64,000 bases of DNA from Candidatus Bathyarchaeota archaeon (lineage in GTDB: Archaea > Thermoproteota > Bathyarchaeia > Bathyarchaeales > Bathycorpusculaceae): the NCBI GenBank assembly GCA_963715865.1, contig OY970280.1, positions 576,001 through 640,000 of the forward strand. Direction: 5' to 3'. Position numbers and translations under genes: made by a program. The notes under the pieces were generated by a model, which saw only the letters and a list, made by a program, of their open reading frames with translations, did not search any database and had not been told where the DNA came from. Shown here one piece after another: positions 16,694-25,921 of the stretch (the stretch's first letter is position 1; each line of letters opens with the position of its first letter).

Positions 16694-18075
16694 CTAGAAA
16701 GTGATTTTTGTCGGCATTTGCTTTTGATTTCCCTGGTTCTCGCCAAAATTATCGAAAGTAGATTGCTGCGGCTGCTTCAAGTTACCGCTGATCGTTTCTG
16801 GTAAGCCAAGTTCAGCGCGGGCTTCCGTGTTGCCCATAAGCATGCCATTATATAAATCGAGAACACGCTGCATTTTCACGTCTGTCGGCGGCTCCCAAAT
16901 AGGCTTCCACTTCATCCTCGGAATTTTATCCGCAGTTATCAGGCTTTCAGGAAAATCGCCGCGCAAAATTAACGGAAACAACTGCGTCTCGTAAACGCCG
17001 CTTTTGTGTTTTTGGCGCATTCTGAGCCGCGTAATAAATTCCTGCATGACCACTTCCGCAGTTGCTCTATTCGTGCCTTCACTTTCGCCTAGGAATATTT
17101 TGGGTACGCCAAGCTGGGAATCACGCTGCCGCTCCAAATATTGAATCCACCATTCCACCCTAAGATCGCGAGTCATCGAGCCCTGAGGCGTAACCTTGAC
17201 CTCTCCACTCAAAACCAAATCCGTACCTTGATCGCGCTGTGACACTTCGATCCAAAAGCGCCTGCATTTTTTCAGCGCTCCACGGCTGCTGCTGCACCTA
17301 CAGCTCCGTCTCCACCGCATGAAAGCACAAGCATAGGCTTCGTGTAAACCTTCATTATTTTAGCCATATCAACTTGAAAATCATCAATCAAGGCTTGAAC
17401 ATGAAGAATTGAACGTAACGCAGAAGTTCCATAGGCATTTTCAAACCGCCACGATTTAACACCATTTAAAGTCCTGTAAATTTCTTCAGGATCAAAAATG
17501 ACTGGTGGATAAGAAGTAAGTTGAGCATAGCCAAAAATGTTCTTATAGCAATCTTGGCGAATTCGCATATCGCACGGATCCAAAGTTTTCAGCCATTCCA
17601 CGCGGCTTGAATCTTCATCCATGCACGGCTCCGTATAGCTTGAACCAAAGACCAAAGCATCAGTTTCCTCACTGCGCATAGTTGAAAGTAGATCATGCGA
17701 CTCAATCCATTCTTCCAAAAAATCTCGGAAAGTAGCTGTTCCGCCTTCGAGAACAAAGCCGTTAGAAATTGTTAAGATTAACCTAACATCAACGATAGCT
17801 TGAATTCGCGGAGTAAACGAGTACAAAGCCTTGTACTTCGGCAAATCCTCGATTGGAGTAACTCCCCAAATGCGATCCCAAAGCGACGTATAAGGACTGC
17901 TGACAAAGCCTATACCAGCCGCCTTCAAAGTGTAGTTGTTAACGTACTGCATAAGATTCCAGTCGCCGCGCCAAGCCACAGGAACTTCCCTTTCACGCTG
18001 CGCAACGGCTATTTCATTTGGCACGTTACGCAGCGGATTAGGCATAGTCAGCGACAAATCTTTCCTAAGCGGCAT
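16694..18075 (-). CDS. Portal protein, split by two apparent single-base insertions near 17,290 and 17,250
   Basis: Portal motifs (YGTSALRSIL, QLGVPKIFLG, EARAELGL). Frames join as ...GGDGAVGA/QQPWSAEKMQALLD/EVSQRDQGTD if one base is removed at each site. Confidence 0.85.
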
Positions 18076-18089
18076 TTACATTTTTTCAC

Positions 18090-18302
18090 CTACTGCTTTT
18101 TCCTCGGTTTCTTTTCTTCTTCAACGTCGGCGGTTATTTGCAAGTCATCCAAAACAACGTCTTGCATCAAGTCAACACCGTTAATTTTTACGTGCAACTT
18201 ACCCATCCGCACGTTTGCAACTTCAATACCAAGAACCTTAACGATTTCGTCCTTGGCATTTGCAGACAACAAAGTTTTTTCCATTTTAATCATCATCATC
18301 AA
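18090..18302 (-). CDS. Hypothetical protein between terminase and portal
   Basis: 70-aa ORF overlapping the terminase stop. Confidence 0.55.
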   Translation of the reverse strand: MMMMIKMEKTLLSANAKDEIVKVLGIEVANVRMGKLHVKINGVDLMQDVVLDDLQITADVEEEKKPRKKQ

Positions 18303-19630
18303 CTATTTTTTTCCTGATCACTGCGACGCCAACGCCTGAGGAAGGCAACGGAGACCGCGCAGCACCATAACACGCCAAAGCCATGCTCCAGAAGACATCA
18401 TCATGCCCGCCTTCAGGATGACTAAACCGCAAATGCCCCGTCTTCATCAACTCGTACTTTTCAATGTTCAATTCAGCCGTCAAATCAACATCTTCAATCT
18501 TTCGGGCTGGAACATAAGGAATCTTCACTTCACCGCCACGCATCTTCTCACGCAATATCGTGGCCATCTCCTCTTTGACTTTGAACCGTGAAAGTCACGC
18601 CCAGCAACGCCCTGGATTCCGCTGCGCACCATATCCTCAACAATATAGTTGCCAACACCGGTAACATCCGCATACACGGCTCGAATCGTTTTCCAACGGT
18701 CCTGCAGGCTCTTAATGTACCCGATTACTGAAGCATATTCGGTCTTAAGCGGAAAACGGTGAACATGAATCACCCGCAACAACGACCCTTGCTTCTCAAC
18801 CACCAGGACCACACTGAAATCCTGTTCCTTGCCAAAATCTACGCCAACATAAAACTCGCCTTGAGGCAAGGCCTGAAAATCAAGAGGCTGCAAGTTACTG
18901 TCAATACAGGTAACAATAAGGCTCTGCGTAAGCCAAGCATCAACATCCTCAACGAATTCAGCCATAAACTCCCGCTGAAAACGCTCAAACGGCAACTGAG
19001 ACCGCATCTCATCAATAAAACTCTGCTTAACAAGCCCGCTGCGCACAACATCCTCGCAGGTTATAGCATGCTTACTAAAATCTTTGCTCTGACACATACG
19101 GTAAAAAACGCTGTCTTTACTCCAAGGCGTGCTCAGGCGATCAAGGCGCCATCCGTCGTAGATAGCATCGGATAAAGCACATTATAGAAAACGAGCTCAT
19201 CATCCTTGAAGAACGCGCTCTCGTCAGCAAATAACTTGGTGCGCAGTGTAACCCCTGAGCATCTGAGGACTATTAGGCAAAGCAACAATACGCGATACCA
19301 TTCTTGAACCGAACAGTCGTTCTTTGCAACTTATCAACAAGTATCAATCTGCTTTTCTTTCGGTAAGCTCGCCGAGAAAGTCTTGAATGCGATCGGACAT
19401 AATCATGCTCTGCCGCAACAGTCGGCGCCACAATCAACGTCAACGTCTTCGGATAGCGTCAAGCGCAAACCAAATCGCCCTCAAAGCAATACACGTGGTT
19501 TTCCCAGCTTGCCTACTCCAGCGAACACAATCCGCTTGCTCTCATCCCGCAGAAGCTCAGCCTGATAAGCCTTAACATCAAAGCCAAAGAAGTCCCCAGC
19601 AACAAACAAAACTGGATCTTCAGGAGTCAC
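18286..19630 (-). CDS. Terminase large subunit, broken by many single-base indels
   Basis: Reconstructed Walker A region (RWSRQAGKTT), LIVAPTLRQS, Walker B (xDESAF), STPW, and nuclease motifs YVGVDFG and HDDVFW, spread over ORFs 18525..19097, 18286..18567 and shifted frames upstream. Confidence 0.85.
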
Positions 19631-20045
19631 TGAGCTTTGGAGCTGCCTCCTGCTGGTTTTGCTGCTCCTTGAACTGCTTGATTTCCTTGATTTCCGCGCT
19701 CAACTGATTGAGCTTCTTGATCTCATCAACCAACTGCTCCAACTTCGCTAAATCCTCATTAAACTGACGCTCATCATACCCTCGCGCCAAATTACCCATA
19801 ACCAACGCGACATGAGCTGCAATATGAGCCCACATCTGCCGTTGCTTAGGCGTTATCAATTCCTCTTTCCCACCAACCCTTTGAGAAGTAACCTTGCCCA
19901 CAGCAATTGATGTTGCAAGAGTAAACAACTCATCCAACTTATCAATCCACTTTGACCTGAGGACTTGCGTATCACGCCTCGCGGTTCGCTGAAGCTGGAA
20001 AATACGCCTCTTAACCAGAACAGTAAACCCAGGATTACCCCTCAC
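19620..20045 (-). CDS. Probable terminase small subunit
   Basis: Helical 141-aa ORF overlapping the TerL start. Confidence 0.55.
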   Translation of the reverse strand: MRGNPGFTVLVKRRIFQLQRTARRDTQVLRSKWIDKLDELFTLATSIAVGKVTSQRVGGKEELITPKQRQMWAHIAAHVALVMGNLARGYDERQFNEDLAKLEQLVDEIKKLNQLSAEIKEIKQFKEQQNQQEAAPKLSDS

Positions 20046-20134
20046 ACTCTCTATCTCCCAAAGTTTTTTTTAGGTCTTCACACGTCAATAAAGCCTTCCA
20101 GACCTGTTATTGACGTAAAACAACCCAATTTTTT

Positions 20135-20380
20135 TCAACGTTGAAAACTCCCTTGGCCGCGAGAATTAATTAGAACCTCGCCTTTTTCCACGTCAGGCAC
20201 ATCGCTGAGGTGAACAGGTTGAGCTAAGAGCGATAGAACATCTTCCCGAGAAACCTGACTAACAGTTTCACAGACAATCCTATCGTCATAACTTCGCAAA
20301 TAGATTACTCTGCGAATTTGCCTCTGCAACAACTTATCCTTGCTTCGTTTATGTACCATAAAAACTCTTCCGTACGCCAC
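20135..20380 (-). CDS. Hypothetical protein
   Basis: 81-aa ORF with ATG start. Confidence 0.45.
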   Translation of the reverse strand: MAYGRVFMVHKRSKDKLLQRQIRRVIYLRSYDDRIVCETVSQVSREDVLSLLAQPVHLSDVPDVEKGEVLINSRGQGSFQR

Positions 20381-20478
20381 TCAAAGGCGGCACAAGAACA
20401 CTACTATAGAGGTCAACCCTGAGAAAAACAGTAAGCCCGCCTTGGGAGAGAGACTTACCGCTTTTCCCAAGGCTGCCT

Positions 20479-20490
20479 ATGTACGTAGTA
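20479..20490 (+). repeat. Single copy of the 12-bp motif
   Basis: ATGTACGTAGTA preceded by cccaaggctgcct, similar to the spacers in the paired sites. Confidence 0.8.
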
Positions 20491-20662
20491 AACCTATCAC
20501 CGCATCCTCTTATATAATTTGCTGTGCCCCAAAACAAGCCCCAAACCCAAAAACCGCCAAAAAACGGGGATTATTCACCGAGTTTCTTCCCTTGCTAGGA
20601 TACTGTAAACTTATTTGTCATGGTGTAGATTTTTTAATGTCTTGAAAATTTCGGATGATAAA

Positions 20663-21199
20663 TTACATATTCTCTGGTTCGATTCCCATTTTCAAAACTA
20701 TATACAAGATTCCTAAAATGCCTATGAATAACAGAACAGAAGAGCTAACAGTTAAAAGAAAAGTCAATTTTAAACTGGGAACTGTTTGAGTAGCATTATC
20801 AATGGTCGCAATTCCGAGTGCCATCATCGAAAAGAAAAAAGAAAAAACTAAGCATACTAGCGAGCTAAAAATAGCCCAAACAGCTTTTCTTTTGTAGTTC
20901 ATAATTTTGTGTTTTCTACTCTCAAGTTTTACCCAGTTGCTAGTTTGGTTAGCTAATCGTTCATCTATTTTGTCAATTTTCTGGTCAATTGAAGTTAAAA
21001 AGTAAACGCTAATAGCCCCAAATAACCCAATTATAGTTGCATCTGCTTCAACCAAAGCTTTCAAAGCATCGGATGATAAGAATATAGCCAAACCGAAAGG
21101 AATTAAATATGCAATTCCTACCGAAACAATAGCTACTAAAATTATTATTGAATTGACAATTTGAATTATTCTTAATCCTGTTGATGTACTGAATTTCAT
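20663..21199 (-). CDS. AT-rich multi-pass membrane protein (moron-like)
   Basis: About four hydrophobic helices with a central coiled segment; visibly more AT-rich than its neighbours. Confidence 0.7.
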   Translation of the reverse strand: MKFSTSTGLRIIQIVNSIIILVAIVSVGIAYLIPFGLAIFLSSDALKALVEADATIIGLFGAISVYFLTSIDQKIDKIDERLANQTSNWVKLESRKHKIMNYKRKAVWAIFSSLVCLVFSFFFSMMALGIATIDNATQTVPSLKLTFLLTVSSSVLLFIGILGILYIVLKMGIEPENM

Positions 21200-21299
21200 G
21201 TTTTCTTGCTTTTATTGTTTAAGTATTTAAAAACTATCTTGTAACACAAGAAAATCCACCCTTTTTCTTAGTTTATTTTTCTTTTGAGGTTGATTAAAG

Positions 21300-21784
21300 T
21301 TGAGTTACATTGGTAGAGGCGGTTCAAGTTACGGCAAAAACATTAGGAGAGCGCAAAGGTTTCATGCTAGACGTAGCAACACAACAATTCAATTGAAGTT
21401 CTAAGACGAATTGGTTTTCTAAGTTTTGACGAAAAAAAGGACTGGCAGAATCTTTACAGTCTACTCTCCAAGTTCATCCACACTCCAGAAGAGTTTGTTA
21501 CTCGTATCGAACATGGAGGCAAATTTGAATTGAAGGGAAAGATTACATGTGCAGCAGCCACGTATTTTAGCGAAAAACAACTAATTGAGTGGTCTAACTG
21601 CTATCAAAAAGTTTTCGCCATATTGCTAAAAACCATTGCAGAATTTCATCCCGAAGCCTTTGAGACCGAATCTGGAAGAATTGCAGTTAAATATGTCAAG
21701 TCGGAATTGGATGGATGTGAAAAACAGATAACTGTCTCGAAAAAGATTAGGCAAATATTGTCAACAATCCACGATTCTGATTAA
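21300..21784 (+). CDS. Hypothetical protein (~160 aa) with one apparent frameshift near 21,385
   Basis: MSYIGRGGSSYGKNIRRAQRF... continues in a shifted frame (EVLRRIGFLSFDEKKDW...) into ORF 21530..21784. Confidence 0.45.
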
Positions 21785-22308
21785 TTCCCGCTACTACTGC
21801 GAGTAACCTCTTCCTCAGTCTCACCATACACATCAAAAGCAAACTTTGTCAAAGCCCAACGATGCCCACGCTTCTCAAACAGCACATGACCAGTCTCAAC
21901 ATGCAAACGCTTATTCATCCGCACAATCCTACGGCTCACATCATAATACGCCAAATCATACTGAGCGAGCTCTGCAGCCACATCCTTCGGAAACATGCCA
22001 TTATCACCACTCGTTTTTACTAAATCAAAAATCGCTTCATCAACCTTATCGACAAAAGCAAACTTCTCAAGCATAGGCGTAGCAAAACGCATAAACCCAG
22101 CACTCTCCAGAGCGTTCCGAATAACCCGCAAATCACCCTTAACCTCAGCAATCTCAGCCAAAGCCCGCTTCAGCAAAACCTGATTATACTTGATTCTGCC
22201 AATTTTCTCCTCTGAACTACGCCCTTTTTCAGCCTTTTGAACAACATTTTCGCCAAAACCCTGTTCATCCTGTTTAATCAAGGAAAAACCCTCCATCAAC
22301 AACACCAA
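21781..22308 (-). CDS. Coiled-coil plus winged-HTH DNA-binding protein
   Basis: C-terminal wHTH-like segment GMFPKDVAAEL...VSRRIVRMN...FEKRGHRWALT. Confidence 0.6.
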   Translation of the reverse strand: MVLLMEGFSLIKQDEQGFGENVVQKAEKGRSSEEKIGRIKYNQVLLKRALAEIAEVKGDLRVIRNALESAGFMRFATPMLEKFAFVDKVDEAIFDLVKTSGDNGMFPKDVAAELAQYDLAYYDVSRRIVRMNKRLHVETGHVLFEKRGHRWALTKFAFDVYGETEEEVTRSSSGN

Positions 22309-22445
22309 AAATATAGCGTCCGCAATCAGGACTAACCACTATCAGAAACCCCCAAGCCGAAAGCATGGACTTTTCCCATGCCTTCCACAAGCATTTTTCA
22401 ACATGAAAACGTGGTTTACGCAACCTTTCACATCCAAAAACCCAA

Positions 22446-22620
22446 CACTACGTACATCAGACAGGGCACAGAAAACTCTACCACGTACATACGCCAGTCT
22501 ACACCAGCGGGCCCGCCGGGATTCGAACCCGGGAACCTCTGCAGGATAGGCTCCTGAATGTACGTAGTAATATACTAATGATAATATACCAAAAGGTAAG
22601 CCCTTAGAATGTACGTAGTA
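22446..22620. repeat. Four copies of the 12-bp motif flanking the tRNA fragment
   Basis: Reverse copies at 22446-22457 and 22479-22490; forward copies at 22558-22569 and 22609-22620. Confidence 0.85.
22508..22540 (-). other. Isolated tRNA 3' fragment (variable loop, T-arm, acceptor strand); att-core candidate
   Basis: AGAGGTTC CCGGG TTCGAAT CCCGG CGGGCCC G; no D-arm or 5' acceptor strand upstream. Confidence 0.75.
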
Positions 22621-22624
22621 AATC

Positions 22625-23479
22625 TTAAGACACATAATCTTTACCTCCAGAACCCTTAGGCGCCCTCTTATCGACATCAACATCAAAAAGCTCAGTTAGA
22701 ATCCCAGTTATCTTCTGAAGCGCCTTATCGCTCTTCTCCAAAGCATCAAGCTTCTGCAAAGCCAAATCAATAGCATCCGAAAAACTGGCAATAACCTCAA
22801 CCGCATCCGGATGCGTCCTGTCACCAACCTTAATCACAATGCCATGGCTCAACTCAAAATCGCGAATAACCATATACGGCAACCGCTCACCGCTACTGTA
22901 AGGAAAATGCCCGCTCTTAGGCCTGATACGCTCCAAAACAGGATTCAACAACTTCATGTCAGTAAGCAGGCCAGTGTTAACGAACGCGTCACAAAACAAC
23001 TGCTTCGCCTTACCCAAGTTACCAGGCCGCCGAACATGCAAAGTAACCGTACCACTCTCAAACCAAACCACACGCCCCAAACGGCACTTCCAAACAAGAA
23101 ACCTATTTCGAGCCTTACTCAACACCCAACCAAAACCAACCCCGCACCGCTCAACGTCTAATTTAACAACACGCCTTAACGCTTCACTTAAAGCGCCATC
23201 AAGCCTCACCTTAGCCTTAAAACAATGAAAACTTGAACACTTTGAACCTCGTTCATTTCGATAGTAATACTTCCACTCCCACTTAGTCTTAGAAACATAG
23301 TTGTGATAGCGCTTGTAGCTTAAATCTAGCAATTTGCAGATCTGTTTAGGAGTCAACAATGGATCAGAATGCCCATCGCCATCTAAAACGTCAAAGATTT
23401 GTTTTCTAATATTATTACTATTACTACTCTTACTGTAAGAGTTCAAACCGCGTGAAGTGGTGTCCGGTAGTTTAGCCAA
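22625..23479 (-). CDS. Hypothetical viral protein with an N-terminal HTH-like segment
   Basis: LLTPKQICKLLDLSY HTH-like segment; 284-aa ORF. Confidence 0.65.
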   Translation of the reverse strand: MAKLPDTTSRGLNSYSKSSNSNNIRKQIFDVLDGDGHSDPLLTPKQICKLLDLSYKRYHNYVSKTKWEWKYYYRNERGSKCSSFHCFKAKVRLDGALSEALRRVVKLDVERCGVGFGWVLSKARNRFLVWKCRLGRVVWFESGTVTLHVRRPGNLGKAKQLFCDAFVNTGLLTDMKLLNPVLERIRPKSGHFPYSSGERLPYMVIRDFELSHGIVIKVGDRTHPDAVEVIASFSDAIDLALQKLDALEKSDKALQKITGILTELFDVDVDKRAPKGSGGKDYVS

Positions 23480-23494
23480 AAAAATGCAGCTCCG

Positions 23495-23798
23495 CTAAGT
23501 TTGCTCCTTCAACTTTTCAATCCGCTTAGCAAAATCAAGCAGGTTCTTCTCATCTAAGCCTCCAGGATAAAGGACGTCGACCTGAACCTTCACAATCCTG
23601 ATCTCTGTAGCGTAAGGGCTAGACTTAGGCGAAACATCATAAAACCTAACTCTATCTCCTCCAGGTATAGCACGTTTACATTTCAGCTAGCCTGTTTCTG
23701 GCCATCTCAGCAGCCTTACGATTACGGCAGATAGCAAAAACAACTATTCCAGCAGCCGAAACAGTGCTTTTGAAAACTACATAAACAGCATTAGCCAT
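23495..23798 (-). CDS. Hypothetical protein (~100 aa) with one apparent extra base near 23,680
   Basis: GGAGG SD, MANAVYVVFKSTVSAAG...RLAEM/KRAIPGGDRVRFY...EKLKEQT*; span 304 nt = 101 codons + 1. Confidence 0.5.
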
Positions 23799-23871
23799 TA
23801 GAGATAGCCTCCTGGTTGCCAAAAACAAAAAAAGAAAGAAGGGAAATGATTACGCGGGTGATATCGCCACG

Positions 23872-24930
23872 AGGATAATCTTCCATTTAGACATGGATCA
23901 CTTCTACACCGCGGTTGAGGAGCGGGAACGTCCTGAAATTAGGGGTAAACCTGTAATTGTGGGCGCTGATCCTAAATGGGGCAAAGGCAGAGGCGTCGTT
24001 AGCACAAGCAATTACGAAGCCAGAAAAGCTGGCGTACGCTCAGGCATGCCAATTTCCCAAGCTTGGAGGCTTTGTTCAGAAGCGATTTATTTACCTCCGA
24101 ATTTTCCCTTGTACATTAAGGTTTCAGGCGAAATCATGGACATAGCACGCAAGTACGCGGATAAGTTTGAGCAGTGGGGAATTGATGAGGCTTTTTTGGA
24201 TGTTACAAGCAAAGTTAAAGATTATGCTGAAGCAGAAGCCTTGGCTCGAAAAATAAAGCAGGAGATTAAAGAGAAGCAAAGCCTCACTTGCTCCATAGGT
24301 GTAGGACCAAACAAGCTTATCGCCAAAATCGCGAGCGATTTTCAAAAACCTGACGGTTTAACAATTGTTAGAGAAGAGGAAGTGGAAAAGTTCCTTGCGT
24401 CGTTGCCGGTGCGTAAGTTATTGTGGGTTGGACGTAAAACCGAGGCAAAGCTGAAAGCATTAGGTGTAAACACTATCGGCGACTTGGCACGTTATGACCC
24501 TTCAGCGTTAACCTCAATGTTTGGTGTGATGGGTTTGCAGATGCATTTGATGGCAAAGGGCATTGACCGAAGTGAGGTTGAGGAGAGAACTGGCGTTAAA
24601 AGTGTAAGCCATGAGACCACGTTCGAGGAAGACACTGCAGATTCTGCTGTCATTTTACAAGCGTTAGAAGCGCTTTGCGTGGAAGTTCAAAAAGCAACCG
24701 AAAACCAACATTTACTCTTCAAAACTGTTACGTTGAAAATTCGTTATGAAAACTTTGAAACCCATACCAAAAGCAAAACCCTGCCTTTCCTAACCAACCG
24801 CCTCTATGACCTACAAAAAACCGCGAGAGAACTACTCTCTACTTATTTGCGGAAAGACCGCAAAGTCAGGCTCATCGGCGTTAGAGTTTCAAGCTTAGTT
24901 TCCGGAGAAAAGCAGAAGACGTTAATTTAA
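23872..24930 (+). CDS. dinB: DNA polymerase IV (Y family); start codon appears missing
   Basis: RIIFHLDMDHFY, STSNYEAR, GIDEAFLD, KLIAKIASD; no in-frame start found upstream of 23,872. Confidence 0.92.
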   Translation, partial: RIIFHLDMDHFYTAVEERERPEIRGKPVIVGADPKWGKGRGVVSTSNYEARKAGVRSGMPISQAWRLCSEAIYLPPNFPLYIKVSGEIMDIARKYADKFEQWGIDEAFLDVTSKVKDYAEAEALARKIKQEIKEKQSLTCSIGVGPNKLIAKIASDFQKPDGLTIVREEEVEKFLASLPVRKLLWVGRKTEAKLKALGVNTIGDLARYDPSALTSMFGVMGLQMHLMAKGIDRSEVEERTGVKSVSHETTFEEDTADSAVILQALEALCVEVQKATENQHLLFKTVTLKIRYENFETHTKSKTLPFLTNRLYDLQKTARELLSTYLRKDRKVRLIGVRVSSLVSGEKQKTLI

Positions 24931-25478
24931 AGGTCAGTAACCATTTCTGATACTAAGTGTTGACCAAACGTTTCTTCACTGGCAACCTCGCTGAGAGTTT
25001 TTCTTGCCCGCACAAGACGCAAAAGCTTACTTGATAAATCCAGTTTTTCACGAGCGTAGCCGACTGCTAAAAGCAAGAGAACCTCAAAGTTTTCAGGAAC
25101 CTTAACCGCTGCCTTAACTTCCTTCTCATTAAAGCTTCCAACGTAGCAGGTGCTTAAGCCTTCGCTGGTGGCTGTTGAAATCATGTTCTCCACTGCTAAG
25201 GCAACGTCGATGGCGTACCAGTCGGGCGAAGCTTTCTTGTCGCCGCAAGCAACAATCACGACTGGTGCTTCAGCAAGGAATTTTGCGAATCTGCCCTTTG
25301 AGAGGATTTTTCTTTTCTCGTTGTCAGTAACTGCAATAAAATGCCATGGTTCAATATTTCTCGCTGAAGGCGCAAGTCTGGCAGCCTCCAAAATTGTCTC
25401 CAGCTTTTCTCTTGGCACAGGCGTGTCTTGGTAGACGCGGATTGACCTTCTTTCCTGCACAGCCTCAAAAACGTCCAT
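24927..25478 (-). CDS. Nitroreductase family protein
   Basis: RRSIR, APSARNIEPWHF. Confidence 0.9.
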   Translation of the reverse strand: MDVFEAVQERRSIRVYQDTPVPREKLETILEAARLAPSARNIEPWHFIAVTDNEKRKILSKGRFAKFLAEAPVVIVACGDKKASPDWYAIDVALAVENMISTATSEGLSTCYVGSFNEKEVKAAVKVPENFEVLLLLAVGYAREKLDLSSKLLRLVRARKTLSEVASEETFGQHLVSEMVTDL

Positions 25479-25612
25479 AACATTCCCTTACTAAACTAGA
25501 AATGAATTTCACGGTATATTAGCTTATCAGAGTCTACGCTTCATACTTTGTCGGGTCTGGCACGCCTGCTTCACGGAACGCTTTATTTGTGTGGAGGGTG
25601 CTATTTCACTGT

Positions 25613-25676
25613 GGGGGATGATGTCGCCGTCCCAGTCTGATAGGGAAAGATGAGGAGCTTATGACGGACAGACCCC
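25613..25676 (+). ncRNA. Candidate C/D box sRNA
   Basis: GGGG/CCCC terminal stem, C-like AUGAUGU, D' CUGA, C'-like AUGAGGA, D-like CAGA, two 12-nt guides. Confidence 0.5.
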
Positions 25677-25921
25677 GACGACTTATTGTCAAATATTTCA
25701 TGGTATGCTCATAGTATTGTCATCACCCGATTGTTAATAGGGGATGCTCGCAGTAATTGTATCCCACGATGGTTAACAGAGAACTACCCGAAAGCCAAAT
25801 CCCACGAAGAGTTAACAGAACCGCTGGGCGAAATATTAATAAATCTCACGGGAAGATTACATGGTGCTACTTCCTAGTGGATGGCATTCCGCGGAACGGA
25901 GTTTTAGGGAGCACAAAAACT

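Larger units (their letters stand above)
1..23870. mobile_element. Provirus or viral segment of a head-tail (Caudoviricetes-like, siphovirus-type) archaeal virus; left end may lie outside the window; no integrase seen
   Basis: Minus-strand gene order TerS-TerL-portal-protease/scaffold-decoration-MCP-adaptor-tail tube-chaperone-tape measure-hub. Host housekeeping genes begin abruptly at ~23,870. Confidence 0.9.

Noticed and set aside
17240-17320. Portal frameshifts as further BHB micro-introns (hairpin GCUGU-AGGU-GCAGC; a 10- or 13-nt excision would fix the first shift)
   Set aside because: No proper 4-bp helix with two 3-nt bulges and an adjoining outer helix could be built. The second shift is a lone extra C (GAT-C-GAA), and the region is full of 1-nt indels.
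18286-19630. Fragmented terminase as an intron-split or recoded gene
   Set aside because: Every break is fixed by adding or removing one base; there are no multi-nucleotide inserts or BHB folds.
22508-22560. Complete viral tRNA gene
   Set aside because: No D-arm or 5' acceptor strand upstream; only the 3' third is present.
854-22620. Dispersed 12-bp repeats as a CRISPR or mini-CRISPR array
   Set aside because: The repeats are too short, irregularly spaced and in mixed orientation; no cas genes.
22342-22686. 114-aa ORF-track ORF
   Set aside because: It runs through the motif copies and the tRNA fragment (VPGFESRRA is the T-arm translated); likely spurious.
25757-25921. N-terminal extension of psmB in the ORF track
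   Set aside because: It does not resemble a proteasome propeptide; ATG 25,922 gives a normal short propeptide before the catalytic Thr.
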